Shown in pieces: positions 9,427-20,718 of a stretch of DNA of 64,000 nucleotides. The notes under the pieces are model-generated. The model was not told the origin of the DNA, searched no databases, and worked only from the letters and a program-made list of their open reading frames with translations. The DNA is from Rubripirellula sp. GTDB taxonomy: Bacteria; Planctomycetota; Planctomycetia; Pirellulales; Pirellulaceae. Each line of letters starts with the position of its first letter. The stretch's first letter is position 1. The stretch covers positions 3,072,001-3,136,000 of the forward strand of contig OZ244207.1 in NCBI GenBank assembly GCA_965216875.1, in the 5' to 3' direction. The position numbers and the translations under genes were made by a program.

Positions 9427-10299
9427 TCATGACTGGTCTTTGCTCCAGCCATTGAGTGATTCCGAAAGCGTCCCGAAGGGATGTTTGGCCAGCAGCGATT
9501 GCAGTTTTCGTCCGGTGGATGCTAGACCGGTATAGTGGCGGAACCGACTTTTCATTGACGCGCCCGAAATCCGCGGCTGGCTTGGGTCCACTTCCCAGGG
9601 GTGGATGTAGAACATGGCTGGGCGTCCAGCGCGGCGGACTTCGCAGATCGCTTTGTTGGTGACCGAAATTGGCAGCAGCCGGAAGTATCCGCCCCCAACA
9701 GGCACGCGCAACTTGGGTGGACTGCCGATCATCGTCCAAACCGAAGGCGGGAACTCCGCGATCTTCCCATGCTTCGTGTCGCGCTGGTGGATCTCTTTCG
9801 GCGCGTCAGGCATCCCATAAAGATCGTGACCCGCGATCGGGAAGATGCTCGAGTCGACCTTGAAACCTTGTTCAACCAATATGTCGAGCGCCCAAATCGA
9901 TTTCTTGACGATCGAGAAACTCGGCGCCCGGTAAGCGGTGGGCCGGATGTCGCATGCGTTCGCAATTGCATCGCTGCTGTCAGCGATATCTTTTGCAAAC
10001 TCCTCGGGCGTTAGCTCATAAACCAACTGATGCCAGTATCCGTGGCTGGCGATCTCGTGGCCCGTTTCGGCAATGCGCCGCACGAGCTTGGGGTACCTAT
10101 CTGCAACCCAACCTAGAATGAAGAACGTGCCTCGGACACTGGCTTCATCCATGATACGAAGGATTGCTTCAGTGTTCGCCTCAACACGACACTCAAACTG
10201 ATCCCACTGATCGCGAGACACACGGTCTTTGAATGCCGAGACCTGAAAGTAGTCCTCGACATCGACCGAAAACACGTTCGGAATTGCTGAGTTATCCAC
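9427..10299 (-). CDS. Polysaccharide deacetylase, PEP-CTERM/exosortase-A-system type
   Basis: FSVDVEDYFQVSAF, TFFILGWVA, HEIASHGYWH, YRAPSFSI, GGGYFRL, FYIHPWEVDP. Confidence 0.92.
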   Translation of the reverse strand: MDNSAIPNVFSVDVEDYFQVSAFKDRVSRDQWDQFECRVEANTEAILRIMDEASVRGTFFILGWVADRYPKLVRRIAETGHEIASHGYWHQLVYELTPEEFAKDIADSSDAIANACDIRPTAYRAPSFSIVKKSIWALDILVEQGFKVDSSIFPIAGHDLYGMPDAPKEIHQRDTKHGKIAEFPPSVWTMIGSPPKLRVPVGGGYFRLLPISVTNKAICEVRRAGRPAMFYIHPWEVDPSQPRISGASMKSRFRHYTGLASTGRKLQSLLAKHPFGTLSESLNGWSKDQS

Positions 10300-10363
10300 A
10301 ACTAGAGAGCCAGCCTAGAAGTGCGAATGCACGACTCAAACTGATCAAGGTTGCAACCGCAGT

Positions 10364-11266
10364 CTAGGAACGCTGCATGATTGCGGAATCGGATGGCGAC
10401 GAGTACGCAAACGCAGGCTGCTGTTCAGCCGCATACGATGCTTCTTCGTGGCTCTCACCCTTTGCCTCGGTAGGCTCGGAAACGTCGAGCAGGTGCCGAC
10501 GACATAGTCGCATCACACGCATGACCGTGGCGCCCTTGATCCCAATCATGCGCATTCCAGTCGCAGCAAGGATCCGCAGCTCGAGCCAAAAGTTTGCATT
10601 CTCGATGTAGTGCAAATCGAGCACTTGTTTTCGCTGGACGTCATCGAGCGTCTCGTCGGGAGGCAAGTTGATTTGCGACAAACCCGTCACACCCGGCTTA
10701 ACGACAACTCGGTCGTAGTAGCCATTGATTTGCCCCGCGAGCTTTTCGCAAATCTCTGGACGCTCGGGCCGTGGTCCGACAAGCGACATTTCCCCACGAG
10801 CAACGTTCCAAAGCTGGGGCAGCTCATCAAGATGCAACTTACGCAAGACTCGACCGATCCGGGTCACGCGTGCGTCACCCTTTGTGCTCCACACCGGCTT
10901 GCCTGGAGTTTCGGCATCCTGAACCATCGAACGCAGCTTGATGATCTCGAAAACCGAACCGTCCAGCCCTACCCGCTTCTGGCGGTAAAACCCAGGACCA
11001 CGTGATGTCGACCTGACCACAACATACAAGAGAAGTGTGAGGGGTGAAGTAAGAAGTAGGAGGCTAGCTCCCACCCATCGATCGATCACGTATTTACGTT
11101 GAAAAAACAACTCGTTTTGCTCCTTGCTGGAATTCGACAGCCTAGACTGCGTGCGATCGTCTTGATCACATCCCACCTTGGTTGATGGATGATTGCGTCC
11201 GCTGACTCGTTTCAGCGCAGATTGCGAGAGGTTCGCGCAGGTTTTTGACGAATTAGGGTCTGACAT
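10364..11266 (-). CDS. Priming sugar transferase (undecaprenyl-phosphate glycosylphosphotransferase domain)
   Basis: KLRSM, D.RVTRIGRVLRKLHLDELPQLWNVARGEMSLVGPRPERP, VKPGVTGLSQ, LDLHY. Start taken at ATG 11266 (the track extends to 11362). Confidence 0.9.
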   Translation of the reverse strand: MSDPNSSKTCANLSQSALKRVSGRNHPSTKVGCDQDDRTQSRLSNSSKEQNELFFQRKYVIDRWVGASLLLLTSPLTLLLYVVVRSTSRGPGFYRQKRVGLDGSVFEIIKLRSMVQDAETPGKPVWSTKGDARVTRIGRVLRKLHLDELPQLWNVARGEMSLVGPRPERPEICEKLAGQINGYYDRVVVKPGVTGLSQINLPPDETLDDVQRKQVLDLHYIENANFWLELRILAATGMRMIGIKGATVMRVMRLCRRHLLDVSEPTEAKGESHEEASYAAEQQPAFAYSSPSDSAIMQRS

Positions 11267-11438
11267 AGTGGGAATAATCGTGGGGCGGTTGCTTCCGATG
11301 CGAATAAACGTCGACTCAACGAAATGAACAAAACCCCGATTGTGCGAAGATGACCTTCCCAACTCGGAAACGTTGATGTAGTTGCATCGAACTCCCCCAA
11401 GTAGGAAAAATCAAGCAAAAAAGTCTCAAATTGACCGG

Positions 11439-12149
11439 CTATTGAATCACCTGTTCAACATGCGGCAAAAATACTTTCAAAAAGTCTTCGCATGGCCGGT
11501 GTGTGAGACTGGCAACGGGCCCCGCGAGTTGAATTTTGTACAGGTTTTCAGCAAACCAAAATCTCGGGTGCTTCCGGGCTTCAAAGCTGCCACCGGCCGA
11601 CCAAGCATACCAAACATCGAGCGAAGGATCAGGGCTAGGAGCTTTCGAAAACTGGACCGACCAGAGCTCATGCGAGGATCGGCCTGAAGTCGTTACGAGA
11701 TTCGTCTCACGATCATTGACCTGCTTGGTGCCAACCGAGTCATAGCAAACCTCAGGCGTATGCACGGCGATCGGCCCGCGTGGCCCAAACATCAGCGCTA
11801 CGGTAACCTCGGCGTCGTTCTTTTCGTTCTTGTACCGCCGTACCTCAGAGCCGTAGCACCGCAACAACTCGGTGGCACCCTCATCCAAATCACCGGTGTT
11901 TACCAGCCGCCAGTCTCCACATCGATCGGGGAGGTTCTTGAGCTGGTCACCAACCGCGACAAGATCCTCGGACTTTGACCAACGTCCATCCAGGTAACCG
12001 TGAACGATGCCTGAAAATAGCGTCAATCCAAGCAAGACACCGATGGCCATGCGCTGAACGGTAATGCCACTTGAGCTTTGCGGTGTTTCTACTTCGCTAG
12101 AAGTCATTGATTGAATCTCTCTTGGCGTCGAATCGTTACTTGATTCCAT
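11439..12149 (-). CDS. epsI: Exosortase-associated EpsI family protein
   Basis: One N-terminal TM, LP..CGDW, and the EpsI hallmark HTPEVCY..VG; lies in an exosortase operon. Confidence 0.8.
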   Translation of the reverse strand: MESSNDSTPREIQSMTSSEVETPQSSSGITVQRMAIGVLLGLTLFSGIVHGYLDGRWSKSEDLVAVGDQLKNLPDRCGDWRLVNTGDLDEGATELLRCYGSEVRRYKNEKNDAEVTVALMFGPRGPIAVHTPEVCYDSVGTKQVNDRETNLVTTSGRSSHELWSVQFSKAPSPDPSLDVWYAWSAGGSFEARKHPRFWFAENLYKIQLAGPVASLTHRPCEDFLKVFLPHVEQVIQ

Positions 12150-15100
12150 ACTTGCTTTTCAACTCGTCGTATTGAGCCTGTTCGCCAGTTGTAAGCAACG
12201 AGTGATCGAGGCTTTCATGATCGAGTGATTCCCACTGACGCTTTGCCTCGCTGTCTTTGCTTTGCGAAGTAAGAGCGAGCACAAGGTGGAATCGAAAGTT
12301 GGGCTTATCTTCTAACTCAATGGCTTTTGCGAAAGCTTCTTCGGCACCCGAATGATCAGCTTTCTTCATCAGCACATAGCCTCGAGTATCGAGCAATTCG
12401 CCGTTTCGTTTTGCAATCGCGATTGCGCGGTTGATCGCCGTAAGCGCTTCGTCTTCGCGTGACATCTCAGCAAGCGCGATCGCCAAGTTGTTCAAGGCTC
12501 GCAGCCGCGTTGGGTCTCGCATCAACGCCTTTCGATACAGCGAAATCGCGGTGGGATAATCACGTTGCATCAACTCGAGCGTCGCGAGTCCATCGAGCAG
12601 ATCAGGATTGTCGGGATACTCTGCAAACGCCTGCTTGATCACCTTTTGGTTCCGCGAATCGGAAAGCTCCTGCAGATCATTCAAGAGTGCTTCGACGAGC
12701 AACGCCGCGGCCTCTACGTTGCCGTGCGAAACATAGTGTTCCGACGAAACATGAACCGCATCCTTAACGCGACCGGCACGAATCAATGCCGAACCGTATT
12801 GGTCGAGTGCATCAGGGTCATTGTCGTAGGCGCGTTTGAACCAACCAAGGGCTTCATCTCGAAGGCTTGACTTGAACAAGGCGGTGCCAGCAATCAAACA
12901 AGCTTCAACTTCCGTAACGATTTCCTTGGACGTCACATCTGCGAACCAAAGATCAACGATCGAATTGGCCGATTGGGTGATGCCGTCATGGAGAGCGAAT
13001 CGCATCGCCAATTCGAGTGCAAAGATCTGAGCATCGCGCTGGTCAATTCGCTTCAGTCGTTGCCGGAGCTCTTTCGCACGTGGCAAGTCTTTCTCATCGC
13101 CCTTCGTGATACTCGATTTGAGTAAGTAGTCTGCAAAACGGTAGAGATCAACGGGCACAGGTTCCGCACCGAGGCAAAGATGCTCGTAGAGCGATCGCAC
13201 TTCACCATCTAATCGCTTCTTGAGTTGATCGTCGCTCGATTCCCCACGGTGCTTGATTAGGAGCAAAGCCAGGGAACGCGCGGCACTGTCGCTACGCGAA
13301 TTGTCCTCACGAAAAATCTCACGCAAGATCCGGATCGCTTGATTCTGCTTCTCACGGTCGACCTGCTGGGACAACATTAGAGCGAATAGCAAGCGGTTTT
13401 CGGCTGTCACCCACTCGCCCGTGGTCAACACATCTCGCAGCTGCTCCCAATTGGCATCGTCACCGTCGCGAGCAAGCAGAGCCAATGCCAACCTATTGAC
13501 GACAACCGAATTGCGCGGACTCAGTTGCTGAGCGGCCTGCAGGGCTCTGATCTCTTCTTCCGATCGCCCTAGCCGACGGTAATGTTCAGCCAATGCAATC
13601 TTCGTTTGAAACGTCGGCCTGATCTTGTCCGCTTTTTCCATTAGCTCGAGCGCTTCGGCATAGCGGCCAAGCTGATTCAAGGTGTGCGCTTGGAGCGTGT
13701 TTCTGACATCACCGGGTAGGTTACTCGAGGCCACTTGATTCAGGACTTCTTGCGCCTGGTCCTTGTCACCTGTTTCAATCGCAATCGCGGAGAGCAAGAG
13801 AAATAGATCTGGACGCCCTGTTTCGGCAAGTTCATCAGCGCGTTTCGCGACAACTTTCGCCTTTTCGATCAGCTGCTCACGTTCGGCGCCTTTTTCAGAT
13901 CGCGCGGCAATCAGATAGGTATTGCCCAGCAGGATCTGAGGAAAAGGATCGTTCGGAGCATTGTCTGCGGCATTGCGGGCAACCGAGATACTCGCATCGA
14001 AGTCTCCCTTCTTTTGCATCATCTCGACGCGGACCTGTGCGAAGTCGTCAATTGGCGAGTCTCGCGTGAATGCCAACAAGCGAATCGCCTCGTCTGCCTC
14101 ATCAAACCGCCCGAGTTCATAAAGCTGGCGGACCAATTCGTACCGCGTATTTAGTCGGCGGTCACCCGCTGCGATGCCGCGACGCAGATGCTCAACTCCC
14201 GTCCGGTAATCTCGCTCGATTCCGGCGATCCAGCCTTCAAGCGAGATCGCCTCACCCCAGTTGGGGCGTTGTGTCAGCAGCCTTCGGATTTCCTGCTTGC
14301 ACTTCTGCAACCGCTCATCATTTTTTTCAATGACCCGAGGTTCATTTGCCATCTCACGAATTAGCTGCGTGACACTAAGGAACTTCGAATAGGTACCTTG
14401 GTCACCCTCGGCATCACGAATTCGCTTTGTCCAATACGACACCAATCCTTGTTGGTCAGTTGGCGTGCCTTCAATCACGAGTCGTGGCGAATCGGGAGGC
14501 AAGGTTTCCGCTAGTGTTGCAAGTGTGTACATCAACTCAAGCGGAAGCGAATCAGCTGGAATTAAGAGCAATGCCCCGTAGGCAAGGTCGGGTCGGCCCG
14601 CTTTTTGGTAGAGCCCCGCGGCGCGTTGAATCACTCGCGATGAGTTCTCTTCCATCCCCTTGGCAAACTCCAACAACCGATCGGCTCCCTTAACGGGTTC
14701 GCCGCGGGTCGCGTCAACTTCTGCAAGTGTCCCCACGAATTCCTGGCTACCCTCACCGAGCAGGTTCTTGAGCCGCTCCGTTAGCTCGCTGGCTCCTTCC
14801 TGATCGCCTGTTGCCACCAATCGCAACAACGCAAAACGCTGGACGGTGACAAAATCTTGATAACGATCGGCAAGCTCTTTGGCCTGCTGTGCGACTTCCT
14901 TTGATTCCAGGTGATCTTCAACGGACGTCCCTTCCGGAGGAAGCATGATGTCGAGGACATCGATACGTGCAATCGCCTGCTGCAGCGCAACTTTCTCTTC
15001 TGTTTCGTCAGGCAGAGCGTACTGCGCGAGTAAGTTTTTGAGGGCCTGAAGCTCGGAACGAACGGAGCTGAAATCTCGCAAGTCCGGGTCGAGTCGCAGT

Positions 15101-16929
15101 TCGTAGTCGAACAACGCCTGCACACTACGAACACGCAAAGGCAGAGAGTCCGATTTAACAACAGCACGCCAATTCTCGACGGCCAACAAGCGATTACCGG
15201 CTGACGTTGCCGCCTGCGCCGCCAAGGCTCGCAGCTCCATGTTGTCAGGATCGTAGGCAATGGCTCGACTGAGCACAGCGGCAGCTCGGTCCCAAGCACC
15301 TTGCTGACCATGCAACACATTCAAAGCGCGAGCGACGGAGACTCGTTCGACTGTTTCAATATCTGCCGGGCGTTCAAAAACTTCCTCAAGTATGCGGGCT
15401 GCTTCGTGTGCATTTCCGGTTTCTGCCATATGGAGCGCTGACAAACGGTCATGTCTCCACTGGGCAGCGTCAATCTGTTCGTTGATTTCGCTGCGACGAG
15501 CCGCAGACACATCGATCTCACTCATCAAGTTGAGCGCTCGCCGAGCAAGCTCGATGGCTTCATCTAAGTCTTTGAGTGCCTGGTCTGCACCTTCCGGGTC
15601 AGCCTGGATCTTGGCGTTGGCAAGTACGGCGAGCAAAAGCAGGTCTTTGGAGTCAACTTGCTCAAGCCCTTGCTGCCAAATTTCAATGGCACCCTCTGGA
15701 TCCTCTGAGAGTTCGCGCAACTGGCCGGCTCGGACGAACACCTGAGCCCGTGTAGCAGGATTAACGCCAGCCACATCCAACGGCATCAACGAATCGAGGT
15801 ACTTCGACGCAAGCTCCATGTCCCCCTTTTCCATCGCGTACAGGCCTGCTTGGTAGATCAGCAGGAAATCCCAAGAGTAGGGCGAAACCTCAGTGGGGTC
15901 GGACGGGTCCGCAGCATAGGCTTGGGGATCCACATCAGCGAGCTTGCGAAAGGACTCATCAGCCGCATGCATCAGCACCAACCTCGCATCGGCTTCCTGA
16001 CGACTCGCTTCATAGTACCGATACAGAATAAAGTAAGCTTTGCTGTCGTCTGCGTCGCGAAGTGTCGTCACAGCGCGATCAATGCGTTCCTGGTTCTTGC
16101 TCAAGAACTTTTCTTCGACAACGCCCTTGGGGCATTCAAAATGCTCCGGGTAAATCGCGTGGGCTAGAAGAGCCTGCCGAATCGTATCCAGGTCTTGCGG
16201 GTTGGCATCAAGATCAAGCATCAAAACTTCACCAACGGTGATGCTCGTCAACCATTCCCAATAGTCATCGTCTGACTTGAGTCGAGTCCGATCGTCGTAG
16301 ATTCCGTTTTCGACCTGCGATAGGAGTGCCGTCGCAATCCACTGGGTTGCTTCGGCGTCCTTGGGTTTGCGAGCAAGGTTGATGACGTTCCGTTCAACCT
16401 CGCCTGCCCAGGCTGGACCAAGTTGAATCAGTCGCTTGATCAAACGGGTGCGCAAGTCGATGACCGCTTCTTCATGACCTTCGCCAAGCTGTCCAATCGC
16501 CCGCCCGATCTGCTTACGTGCTTCGTAGATCATATCTGAGCGTTGCTCAGGTGCCGCTTTGTCGGCTGCCTTGTCCGCAGCGAGGGCGATACGAATCAAG
16601 ACATCCGGCTCTTTCGGCCGCAACATCGAATACCGTTTCAGCCACCTTGTGTGCGCTGCATAGTCCTCAGCTTCCAAGGCTGCATCAGCCCGCGCCATAA
16701 ACGTTGTTGCGGCGGTGGATGAATGGTAGACATACGAAAGTGCGCACAAGACGGCAATCACTGCGAAACTGGCCGCAGAAATCAGCGCAAGTGGTTTGTT
16801 CCAGCGCCAACGAAAACGCCGGTCATAGATTTTCCGAGCAACCTTTGCATTGGCCTCTTCGCTCTCGCGCGGCTCATTGTCAGGTTGTCCGGCACCGCCC
16901 TTTTCGGGCTTGTCATTAGAGGACGTCAA
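12136..16929 (-). CDS. Large membrane-anchored tetratricopeptide-repeat protein (1597 aa)
   Basis: Single N-terminal TM after an Arg-rich stretch; helical repeats throughout; clear C-terminal TPRs (ALNNLAIAL, LLDTRGYVL, FRFHLVLAL). Confidence 0.8.
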   Translation of the reverse strand: MTSSNDKPEKGGAGQPDNEPRESEEANAKVARKIYDRRFRWRWNKPLALISAASFAVIAVLCALSYVYHSSTAATTFMARADAALEAEDYAAHTRWLKRYSMLRPKEPDVLIRIALAADKAADKAAPEQRSDMIYEARKQIGRAIGQLGEGHEEAVIDLRTRLIKRLIQLGPAWAGEVERNVINLARKPKDAEATQWIATALLSQVENGIYDDRTRLKSDDDYWEWLTSITVGEVLMLDLDANPQDLDTIRQALLAHAIYPEHFECPKGVVEEKFLSKNQERIDRAVTTLRDADDSKAYFILYRYYEASRQEADARLVLMHAADESFRKLADVDPQAYAADPSDPTEVSPYSWDFLLIYQAGLYAMEKGDMELASKYLDSLMPLDVAGVNPATRAQVFVRAGQLRELSEDPEGAIEIWQQGLEQVDSKDLLLLAVLANAKIQADPEGADQALKDLDEAIELARRALNLMSEIDVSAARRSEINEQIDAAQWRHDRLSALHMAETGNAHEAARILEEVFERPADIETVERVSVARALNVLHGQQGAWDRAAAVLSRAIAYDPDNMELRALAAQAATSAGNRLLAVENWRAVVKSDSLPLRVRSVQALFDYELRLDPDLRDFSSVRSELQALKNLLAQYALPDETEEKVALQQAIARIDVLDIMLPPEGTSVEDHLESKEVAQQAKELADRYQDFVTVQRFALLRLVATGDQEGASELTERLKNLLGEGSQEFVGTLAEVDATRGEPVKGADRLLEFAKGMEENSSRVIQRAAGLYQKAGRPDLAYGALLLIPADSLPLELMYTLATLAETLPPDSPRLVIEGTPTDQQGLVSYWTKRIRDAEGDQGTYSKFLSVTQLIREMANEPRVIEKNDERLQKCKQEIRRLLTQRPNWGEAISLEGWIAGIERDYRTGVEHLRRGIAAGDRRLNTRYELVRQLYELGRFDEADEAIRLLAFTRDSPIDDFAQVRVEMMQKKGDFDASISVARNAADNAPNDPFPQILLGNTYLIAARSEKGAEREQLIEKAKVVAKRADELAETGRPDLFLLLSAIAIETGDKDQAQEVLNQVASSNLPGDVRNTLQAHTLNQLGRYAEALELMEKADKIRPTFQTKIALAEHYRRLGRSEEEIRALQAAQQLSPRNSVVVNRLALALLARDGDDANWEQLRDVLTTGEWVTAENRLLFALMLSQQVDREKQNQAIRILREIFREDNSRSDSAARSLALLLIKHRGESSDDQLKKRLDGEVRSLYEHLCLGAEPVPVDLYRFADYLLKSSITKGDEKDLPRAKELRQRLKRIDQRDAQIFALELAMRFALHDGITQSANSIVDLWFADVTSKEIVTEVEACLIAGTALFKSSLRDEALGWFKRAYDNDPDALDQYGSALIRAGRVKDAVHVSSEHYVSHGNVEAAALLVEALLNDLQELSDSRNQKVIKQAFAEYPDNPDLLDGLATLELMQRDYPTAISLYRKALMRDPTRLRALNNLAIALAEMSREDEALTAINRAIAIAKRNGELLDTRGYVLMKKADHSGAEEAFAKAIELEDKPNFRFHLVLALTSQSKDSEAKRQWESLDHESLDHSLLTTGEQAQYDELKSKYGIK

Positions 16930-16984
16930 CTCAGTTTCCTACTCGATTCACTAAGCAAGCGTGAGATGCGATGGTGCGTTATGA

Positions 16985-19297
16985 CTAGCCGTCAACGTGA
17001 TGTTGAGGATCACCGGCAAAGGCATAATGATAATCACCATAGCGATAGGCATATTGCCGAGCGGTCACACCGCTAAAGACGGTCCCCGCAATCGTCGCCC
17101 CTGCTGCTTCGAGTCGCCGAGTCGTCTTGGAAATGCACTCCATCCGACTGACGTCTCTCATCACACAGAGCAGGGTCGAGTCGACTGCCGATGAAACTGC
17201 GAGGGTCTCACCGGCCGACAAAACGGGAGCGGTATCGCAAACCACGAACGCGTACTCTTGCAGTGCGTTGTCAAAGAACTCACGCATGGCCGATGGACTC
17301 ATCAACCGGTGCGGGCTCGACGTCAGTCGACCAGCTGGCAACACATGAATCAGGTCACCAAGACTCTTGTCGATCGCGTCTTCCATGTCCGCTTCGCCTG
17401 AAAGCACTGCACAAAGCCCTGCTCCCATTTCGAGGCCAAAGATCTCATGTTGATCGGGGCATCGTAAGTCAGCGTCGACAAGCAAGACGGTTTCGCCCGT
17501 CGCTTTTGCGATCGAAAGTGCGAGCTGAGAAGCAACACTACTTTTTCCTTCACCCGACATGCTGCTTGCAACCGCAATACTCCGCGTGTTGGCGGTATCG
17601 ACCGAAAGAAAAAGGTTCGCACGAAGTGTGTCTACACTCTCTTCAAACAACCGTCGCCCTTTGCCTGTGCCTTCACCGGCCGGCAAACGTGCGACCTCGC
17701 CGACAATCGGAGCCAGCGTTCCTTTCTCGACGGATTTTGAATCAGTTACGCGCTGGATCCGAAACTCCCAAAGCAGCCCCAAGAGAAACGGCACAATGAA
17801 CGCACCGCCAGAGAAGACGGCAAGCTTTTTGATAGGGGCATCTTCGATGGGTGTCTTTGGCGGTTTGGCTGGTGCGAGCGTCCTTACCATGCCTTGCTTT
17901 TGTCGTTCTGTGCGAATGGCAGCACGGCGATCGCGAAGCTTGATCAGGATCCCGTTTGCCACGGCGAGTTCTTCGCGTGCGAACTGCAGGTTGGCTGAGT
18001 CTTCCGCGTGATCCCTCAGCTTGCTCATCTCTGTTTCATAACGTTTCTTCAGAGCGGCCAGTTTTTCGACCTGCGCCGTATAGGCGAGCTGATCCTCTGT
18101 CATCCGATTATCAAATTCGATCTGGCGGTTTTTCCTCAGACGCTCTGCTTCGCGAGCATGAGCGGCTTTGGCTGCCGCAATTTGGCTGTCCCGTAATTTG
18201 AGCTCGGACTGGTACTGAAGGTCGGCAGCATGATTGAGCCTTTCTTCCACCTGCGGCCGCACTTTTTTCTTTTCCGAGTCAATCAACGCGATCGCCTTGT
18301 CACGCTTGATCTGAACTTCAGCGTAATACGACTTGCGGATGTTCTTGAGCCCGTTGATTTCCAGGCTCATCAACTCGTCCTTGTAAACTTTCAAACGGGC
18401 CATTGCCTCCACCACGGCAGGATCTGCATCGATCGCAGCCAAGATCTCAACTTCGCTCGGATCGCGTCGAATGACGGTGATCTCTGGTTCGACAAACTCG
18501 TCGATGACCGAACCCGAGTCAGCAGACGCTTGATGATCGCGAAGCTTCCTGTCAGCCTCCATCAGCATCAGACTCATTTCGACATCAGTAATCTGACCGT
18601 GCAGAGTGGAAACCAATTCCACCTGAGCATTGTTTTCAAGAACTTGCGCCCGCTGGCCGGGAACGTAGCCGAGCGCCTCTTTGCTCAGAATCCGAACGGT
18701 CTCTTTCTTCTCTTCGACTTGGTTTTCCCACTTGATGATCTCAGGACCCAACCAGCTTTCCAAAGCGTTGATTCGCGTGGAATCAAGGTCAGCCCGACGA
18801 TGCAGGTAGGCGGCGACGACCGCATTGCAAATCTCCGCAGCGGCTACTCGGTCCGTATCCTCGTAGCTGACATGCAACAGGTCTTTTGAACCTGCATTGG
18901 AAATCGACAAATTGTCTCTGAGGTTTGTCTCGGCTGTTTCTGGATCGGTGAGACTTGGTGCAGCACACAAATCCGGGTTGTCAAGAATCTCATCAAGAAC
19001 AATCCGGTTGAAGATGATTGCCTTTTGTGACCGAGCCAAGTCGGTCACCGTTGGCATCACGCCTTTGAACAGGATGGGCTGATCGTTCGCCTCGAGCAGG
19101 TGCGTAGCGCGATACCGCGGTTCAAACGACTGAAGCACGACGAAGGCAACGACGCTGGCCAACACTGCACCGGTCGGGATCGCCCAGGGCCAGCAGCGAC
19201 GAAAAGTGACCCAAAGAATCCAGGGATCAAATTGTGGCGCACCAACGGGAGAACCATGCGAAACGCCGGCGGGTTGCCTGTGATTGACAGTAGCCAT
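16985..19297 (-). CDS. wzc: Wzc-like polysaccharide co-polymerase/BY tyrosine autokinase
   Basis: Two TMs flanking a coiled coil; Walker A SMSGEGKS, A' LLVDADLR, Walker B VVCDTAP; C-terminal Tyr cluster QYAYRYGDYHY. Confidence 0.9.
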   Translation of the reverse strand: MATVNHRQPAGVSHGSPVGAPQFDPWILWVTFRRCWPWAIPTGAVLASVVAFVVLQSFEPRYRATHLLEANDQPILFKGVMPTVTDLARSQKAIIFNRIVLDEILDNPDLCAAPSLTDPETAETNLRDNLSISNAGSKDLLHVSYEDTDRVAAAEICNAVVAAYLHRRADLDSTRINALESWLGPEIIKWENQVEEKKETVRILSKEALGYVPGQRAQVLENNAQVELVSTLHGQITDVEMSLMLMEADRKLRDHQASADSGSVIDEFVEPEITVIRRDPSEVEILAAIDADPAVVEAMARLKVYKDELMSLEINGLKNIRKSYYAEVQIKRDKAIALIDSEKKKVRPQVEERLNHAADLQYQSELKLRDSQIAAAKAAHAREAERLRKNRQIEFDNRMTEDQLAYTAQVEKLAALKKRYETEMSKLRDHAEDSANLQFAREELAVANGILIKLRDRRAAIRTERQKQGMVRTLAPAKPPKTPIEDAPIKKLAVFSGGAFIVPFLLGLLWEFRIQRVTDSKSVEKGTLAPIVGEVARLPAGEGTGKGRRLFEESVDTLRANLFLSVDTANTRSIAVASSMSGEGKSSVASQLALSIAKATGETVLLVDADLRCPDQHEIFGLEMGAGLCAVLSGEADMEDAIDKSLGDLIHVLPAGRLTSSPHRLMSPSAMREFFDNALQEYAFVVCDTAPVLSAGETLAVSSAVDSTLLCVMRDVSRMECISKTTRRLEAAGATIAGTVFSGVTARQYAYRYGDYHYAFAGDPQHHVDG

Positions 19298-19379
19298 TAC
19301 TCGATCTTGATTGCTAGGTTGTCGGTGTTTGTAACAAGGGAGGATGAACTAACGCGCCTCAGTGCGCGTGATACAGTTG

Positions 19380-20384
19380 CTATGACGCGGAGGGCTGGGA
19401 TGAGCTCCGCACAAAATCTTTCGCAGTAAGCTGCTCTACGGGCCGGTAGAGCCGTTCCCAAAACGTCTTTGCAATCCACAATAATACGAACGCCAGAGGT
19501 ATCATTAGGTACCCCGAGTAATCATGGATTGTCTTTTGAGATTCCAGGTCGGTGTATCGCAAGTACAACAGACCGACGATCGTAATCCGGACAGAGTTGG
19601 CGAAGACGGCCAGGGGAAGCACCAGCGCCGCAAGAACGACACGGTCAATCCAGTGCCGTTTGACCATTGCGGCCCAAAAATAGGCCAGCGCTGCGACCCC
19701 AACAAAGATCCGCAATCCGGAGCAAGCCTCTTCCACCTGAAGTGGCGCTTCGGCACTCGTCCAGATCATGTGACCTTCAGCAACCGCGGGCTGACCAAGC
19801 ACTCGCAGGAAGATCGTGCTCACTTCCGTCGCAATGCCCTGCAATTTCCAGCTCAATAGCGACTCAGCCCGATAGGGCATCGGGATCATGAAGAACAGGA
19901 AGCAGATCGCCGGCAGACTCCAAAGCATGGCGCGTCGTCCCAAGACGACCCACACCACACCCGCGATGAGCGGCAACATGCTCCAAGCGTCCAAGAAGTC
20001 GGCATAGACCAAGCGACTGCCGACACGCATGACCACGGCAATCAGAATGAGCGAAAGCCCTGACCAACTTACAGTGGCGCGTGCCCCGGGAAAGCTATCG
20101 GCTCGATTCCAAACCAGCAGCAGTCCGAGCACCGGCACAAGATAGCCATGTGAGTAGTCGGGCTCATTTCTCCATGCGTCTTCAATCCAAACCAGTGTTG
20201 GCCAGTACGCGTAAATCAATACCAGCACAAAACCAACGACGTAGGGAATGTACTTACGACGAAGCTCCGAATCTAACGGTAGCAACTCCTCCTGAGGCTT
20301 CGGCTGCTTCTTGGTTCCCGCAGCGCGCTTCAGAGGGTCGTTCATTTTGGGGCGACGCCGATTAGGCTTCCTTCGCTTAGCCAA
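19380..20384 (-). CDS. Exosortase (EpsH family transpeptidase)
   Basis: W...PDYSHGYLVP; catalytic Cys in VEEACSGLR, Arg in ANSVRI, His in IHDYSG; about 8 TMs. Confidence 0.92.
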   Translation of the reverse strand: MAKRRKPNRRRPKMNDPLKRAAGTKKQPKPQEELLPLDSELRRKYIPYVVGFVLVLIYAYWPTLVWIEDAWRNEPDYSHGYLVPVLGLLLVWNRADSFPGARATVSWSGLSLILIAVVMRVGSRLVYADFLDAWSMLPLIAGVVWVVLGRRAMLWSLPAICFLFFMIPMPYRAESLLSWKLQGIATEVSTIFLRVLGQPAVAEGHMIWTSAEAPLQVEEACSGLRIFVGVAALAYFWAAMVKRHWIDRVVLAALVLPLAVFANSVRITIVGLLYLRYTDLESQKTIHDYSGYLMIPLAFVLLWIAKTFWERLYRPVEQLTAKDFVRSSSQPSAS

Positions 20385-20718
20385 TCTGGGCCTCCATGAC
20401 GGCTCGCTTTTGCAGTGTACCTTTGTTCATTTTAAATGGGGGCTTCGCCCTTCTGGGTGACACCAAACTCTTCCTTAGCTTCCCGCTAAATCCGCGGTCT
20501 TCCAAAGCGGGGCACTTCGAAACCGCGGGCCGCCCGAGGGGCGATCCAGCCTCCTGGAAGCCAATACGCACTCCGAAGGGGGCCGGCTTCTGCTGGATAG
20601 AAAACACTCTGTCTGGGGGACACCTAACCGCTGTCTCTAGCGGCCTGGCGACCATTAGCTTTGACCTTAATGGCTGTTTTACGTAGGGGGTAGGGTTAAA
20701 CCCAAAAAAAACGATCGC

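Noticed and set aside
9065..9739. 224-aa and 81-aa minus-strand ORFs
   Set aside because: The longer one overlaps the deacetylase out of frame; neither has recognisable motifs or protein-like composition.
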